From the NCBI GenBank assembly GCA_002104945.1, contig MCFH01000004.1, positions 1,364,001 to 1,428,000 on the forward strand: 64,000 bases of DNA, written 5' to 3'. A program made the position numbers and the translations under genes. The notes below the pieces were generated by a model that was not told the DNA's origin, did no database searches, and saw only the letters and a list, made by a program, of their open reading frames with translations. The first letter of the stretch is position 1. The number at the start of each line of letters is the position of its first letter. Shown one piece after another: positions 60,300 to 64,000 of this stretch. Source of the DNA: Piromyces finnis finn. Its lineage: Eukaryota > Fungi > Neocallimastigomycota.

Positions 60300-63200
60300 T
60301 TTTATAAATCAATAATAATAATAATAATTTGTTGTAATAAAAACTTTGATTGATTAAAAGTGCGTAGATGTTAACAAAAGAAATATATTGTTTTTTAAAA
60401 AAATATTTACTATTGAAAATCTTTAAAAATTAAAATATTTACGTTGTTAATATTAAAAATATTTTAAACACAATTTAAGGTGAGTTGGTTTAAAATAGTT
60501 TTTTTATCGAAACTTGGTTAAAAAATAAAACTATAAACTCTATAAAGTATTTTATAATTCTAAGGGTATTGTTACAACTACTAAAAATATAAGAAACTTA
60601 AAAAAAAATTTCTATTATTACTGAGTTTACGTTAATCTTTTGTATCTTTTTCTAAAATATAGCTATATAAATTCGAATTATATTTTATATAAAAGATATT
60701 CTATTTTACTTTGAGCAATTTATAGTAACCTTTAAAAAAATTAATAAATCGATAACTATTTAATATTTTTCTTATTACTAATCAACTTGCTACTCTACTT
60801 GTTTTAAAAAAAAAATTTTTTTATGTTATATAATATATAAATATTTTTTAAATGTTTATAAAACTACCTAATTGATATAAAACGTTTAAAAATATTTTAT
60901 ATAAATATAAAATTTAATTTTTTTTTTTTTTTTATATTATATATTTTGATGTGAAATTATTTTTTTGTTATTTGAAAATAAATTTTATAAAGGTTATTAT
61001 CAATAATATATTTAAAAAAAAAAAGAGTTTTTAAATGTATTATTTCAATAATCTATAAACTATAAAATCTATCGATTGTTGGTTTCAAAAAAAAAAAAAT
61101 AAAATTAAAAACAAGGAAATAAACTTTGTATTATAGTTCACTTTTTTTAATTTATATTTCCCTTTTCTTTACACACTTTTTTTGTTTTCTTTTCTTCTTT
61201 TTATTTTCTACACTTTTGCTGTGTATCTTTTTTTTATTATTATTATTTGCACTTGTCACAATATTAAAATACAAATTTTAATATTTATTTACAGGTGAGC
61301 TTCAACAATTTTCTAAAGTTAAAAGAAAAAAAAAACCTAAAAAAAAAAACGACAACTTTGACTATAAATAAAAAATTAAATTTTTAATTTATTATTTAAT
61401 CCTTATGAAATTTATGAAATAGAAATTTAATATAAAAAATAAAATGTTTTTAAAAAAAAAAAAAGACTTTATTATTCATTAGAATTTTGAATTTTATTAT
61501 TATAATAAATTTTATTTATAAAAATGATTAAAAATTATTATTATATTAAATTATATTAATTAAACTTCTGAACCATTACACAAATATAATAGTTTATATT
61601 AATATTATATACTATATAATAAATATATGCATCATATATATTTTAATATATTTTCAATATATTGGTATTTTGTGGTATTTCAAATAGCATTTTAATTTTT
61701 TCATGTATATATATTCTATAGATTTATTTTATAATATATTAAAATATTAACAAATATAAGTAAATTTATTTCAATGCATATAATTTTAATTGAATAAAAT
61801 ATATGATGAATATAATAATAAGCACCTCTTTTTTCACATAAAATTTTGAATTTTATTTAATAATAAAATATGAATATATAAAAATTAATATTTTCAATAT
61901 ATTTTATATACAATTACTTATATATTATAATATATTATGTTTTTAATTTATAGAAAAGAAATAGATCCATAATTAATTTTAACGAGTTGGTATTACAAAC
62001 ATTTCCTTTTTAATATGAATTCTATTAAAAATAAATTAAGTTAATTGAATGATATATATTATTATTAATTGACCATATATAATTTTTAATTAAATTTAAT
62101 ATCTATTTTTTACTATTAATTTTTATAGGGTTTGTTAGGTTATATATTAGAATGGAATTGTATTAAAGCAGCCAATAAGATTTGATTTTTAATAAATTCA
62201 TCTCTATTTATTAAAAACTAATAAATGACAGTAGTTCTTTGTTTTTTTTTACTTTTTTATTTTCTCTGAATTAGTATTTACCCTAGATTTTTGGCAATGG
62301 TACTATTTTAGCAGTAGCAGGGTTTTTAAAAGGTAAATAAGAAAAATCCTTTTCCTAAACCTACCAGAAGTTACAAAAGATATTTAATAAAGAATGAAAA
62401 TAAAAGGTTTTTTTAATTAATATTAAAATAAAAGCATTTTTATTTAAAGTAATGAAAAGAAAAAAAATTAAAGTTTTTATACAAACCAACCCATTCCACC
62501 AACTCGTCATTAATATAATATCACAATTGTAAATAGCAATTGGATAAAAAATTAATCATCTTTTTACCTAAAAGATATCATTGAAGAATAATGAATTGTA
62601 TTTCTTTTTTTTTTTTACTATTATTCTATACTATTATTTGTTTTTTTGTTTTTTTATCCTCTCTTAACCTGAAATAAACCGTGTAAATAATGCATCCCTT
62701 CCCAAAAAATAATAGTTTTGTCTTGCTACTTTTTTTTCAATTAAAGAGATGCCGTATTCTTTGTTCTGGTTGCTGCAGTGTTGCTGCTGCTGTACCACTA
62801 AAAATGTTCAAAAATGTTTTTTTTTTTTTTTTTTTGATTTAATAATATATTTAATATATTTTTGTTCAATTGATTCCAATATATTCTAAAAATCTTGGTG
62901 ACTAGATATTCCATTATATATATTATATATAGAATATTATAGAATATTATTTAATTGCAATATATTATAATATATTTAAATTGAATTGCATCCAAAATTT
63001 TCCTTTTTCAATACAATTTGTTAAAATTATCCAGAAGATTTAATTATATAATAAAAAATTCCTATTTTAATTTAATTAATCATTATGTCATGACCTTGTG
63101 AAACTCTATGATGTAAAATAAATAAAAAAATAAAGCAGGCAATTGTTTAATTGATTCTGGTTAGATTTTACCATAAAAAAGGATTAAATGATGATTCATT

Positions 63201-64000
63201 GGAAAGCATCAATAACAATTTATTCCATAGATATATACAAGAATTAGTTGAAATAGAGTTTTACATAGTTTTATTGTATTTTTTTAAAAAAAAGTAAATT
63301 TTAATTAATGAGATCCTATAATGATAAAAAAAACTTAAAAGGTAAAAAATATACACATAATAAAAGTTGTTACATCTACTTAAAAACAAAAAAGCAAAAA
63401 GTAATCTGAATTGACCAAATAAAAGTGAAAAATATTTATAATAAGCAAATAAAATGCCTTTTTTTTTAAAAAAAAAGGATAATCTCTCATTTAAGAATAA
63501 TAGTTTTGAATAGAAGGATTTAGATGAAGTAAGTTTTAATCTTTTTTTTTTTTCTTTTAGATGAATTAAACGAAATAAAAAAAGAAGCAATTTTAAAATA
63601 AATTTTAAATATTTTCATCTTTGTTTCTATCATTTTTATTTAACATTAAAATAAAGAGGTATGTCTTATGGAATGGCTAGAGCTTTATAGTTTTTTAAAC
63701 TATATCTATTGATATACCTTTTTCAGGTTAGAGTTAATTTAAAGGTTAGATTAACAATATGGTTCATTTTTTGGCCTAGAATGAATTGTTTTCAAAGCCA
63801 TATTTTATGTTTAAAAAATTAAAATTAATATTATTAAATTTGTGATATATCATGAATTAGCTACATATATAAATAATATATTGTAAATATATGAAAATTA
63901 ATTCAAAAATGTTTCAGAGCATTAATTAAAATTTTTTTATGAAAAGTTTAATTATTACTAAATATCACCATAAAAAAAAAAAGTGCTGGCATAAACGAGT

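Overview
Extremely AT-rich, intron-rich eukaryotic DNA with long homopolymers and microsatellites. Composition and gene structure suggest an anaerobic gut fungus (Neocallimastigomycota); that is inference, not proof. I support 10 spliced protein-coding genes, reconstructed by hand using GT-AG introns and frame continuity. Eight are conserved housekeeping genes in the first 39 kb: SEL1L/HRD3 (5' partial), a class-2 DYRK kinase, SF3B4, ECM29, MED21, a divergent Ras GTPase, CHIP/STUB1 and an ER FKBP. Two uncharacterised minus-strand genes flank a ~13.9 kb gene-free tract and are the best novelty candidates. (1) 42889-45060 has a bacterial/phage-like helical (HTH-like) domain, a prion-like Asn-rich region with NPNQNNNY repeats and a C-terminal eh1-like FSIDSLI motif. 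(2) 58928-60299 has five Trp-rich repeats fused to a ParB/sulfiredoxin-like toxin-type domain whose usual DNRRL motif reads ANKRL. Non-coding DNA holds several satellites, a long hairpin, a dispersed hairpin motif and likely non-coding spliced exons. I found no rRNA, tRNA, CRISPR array or intact transposon. All homology calls are from motif recognition; no database search was run.
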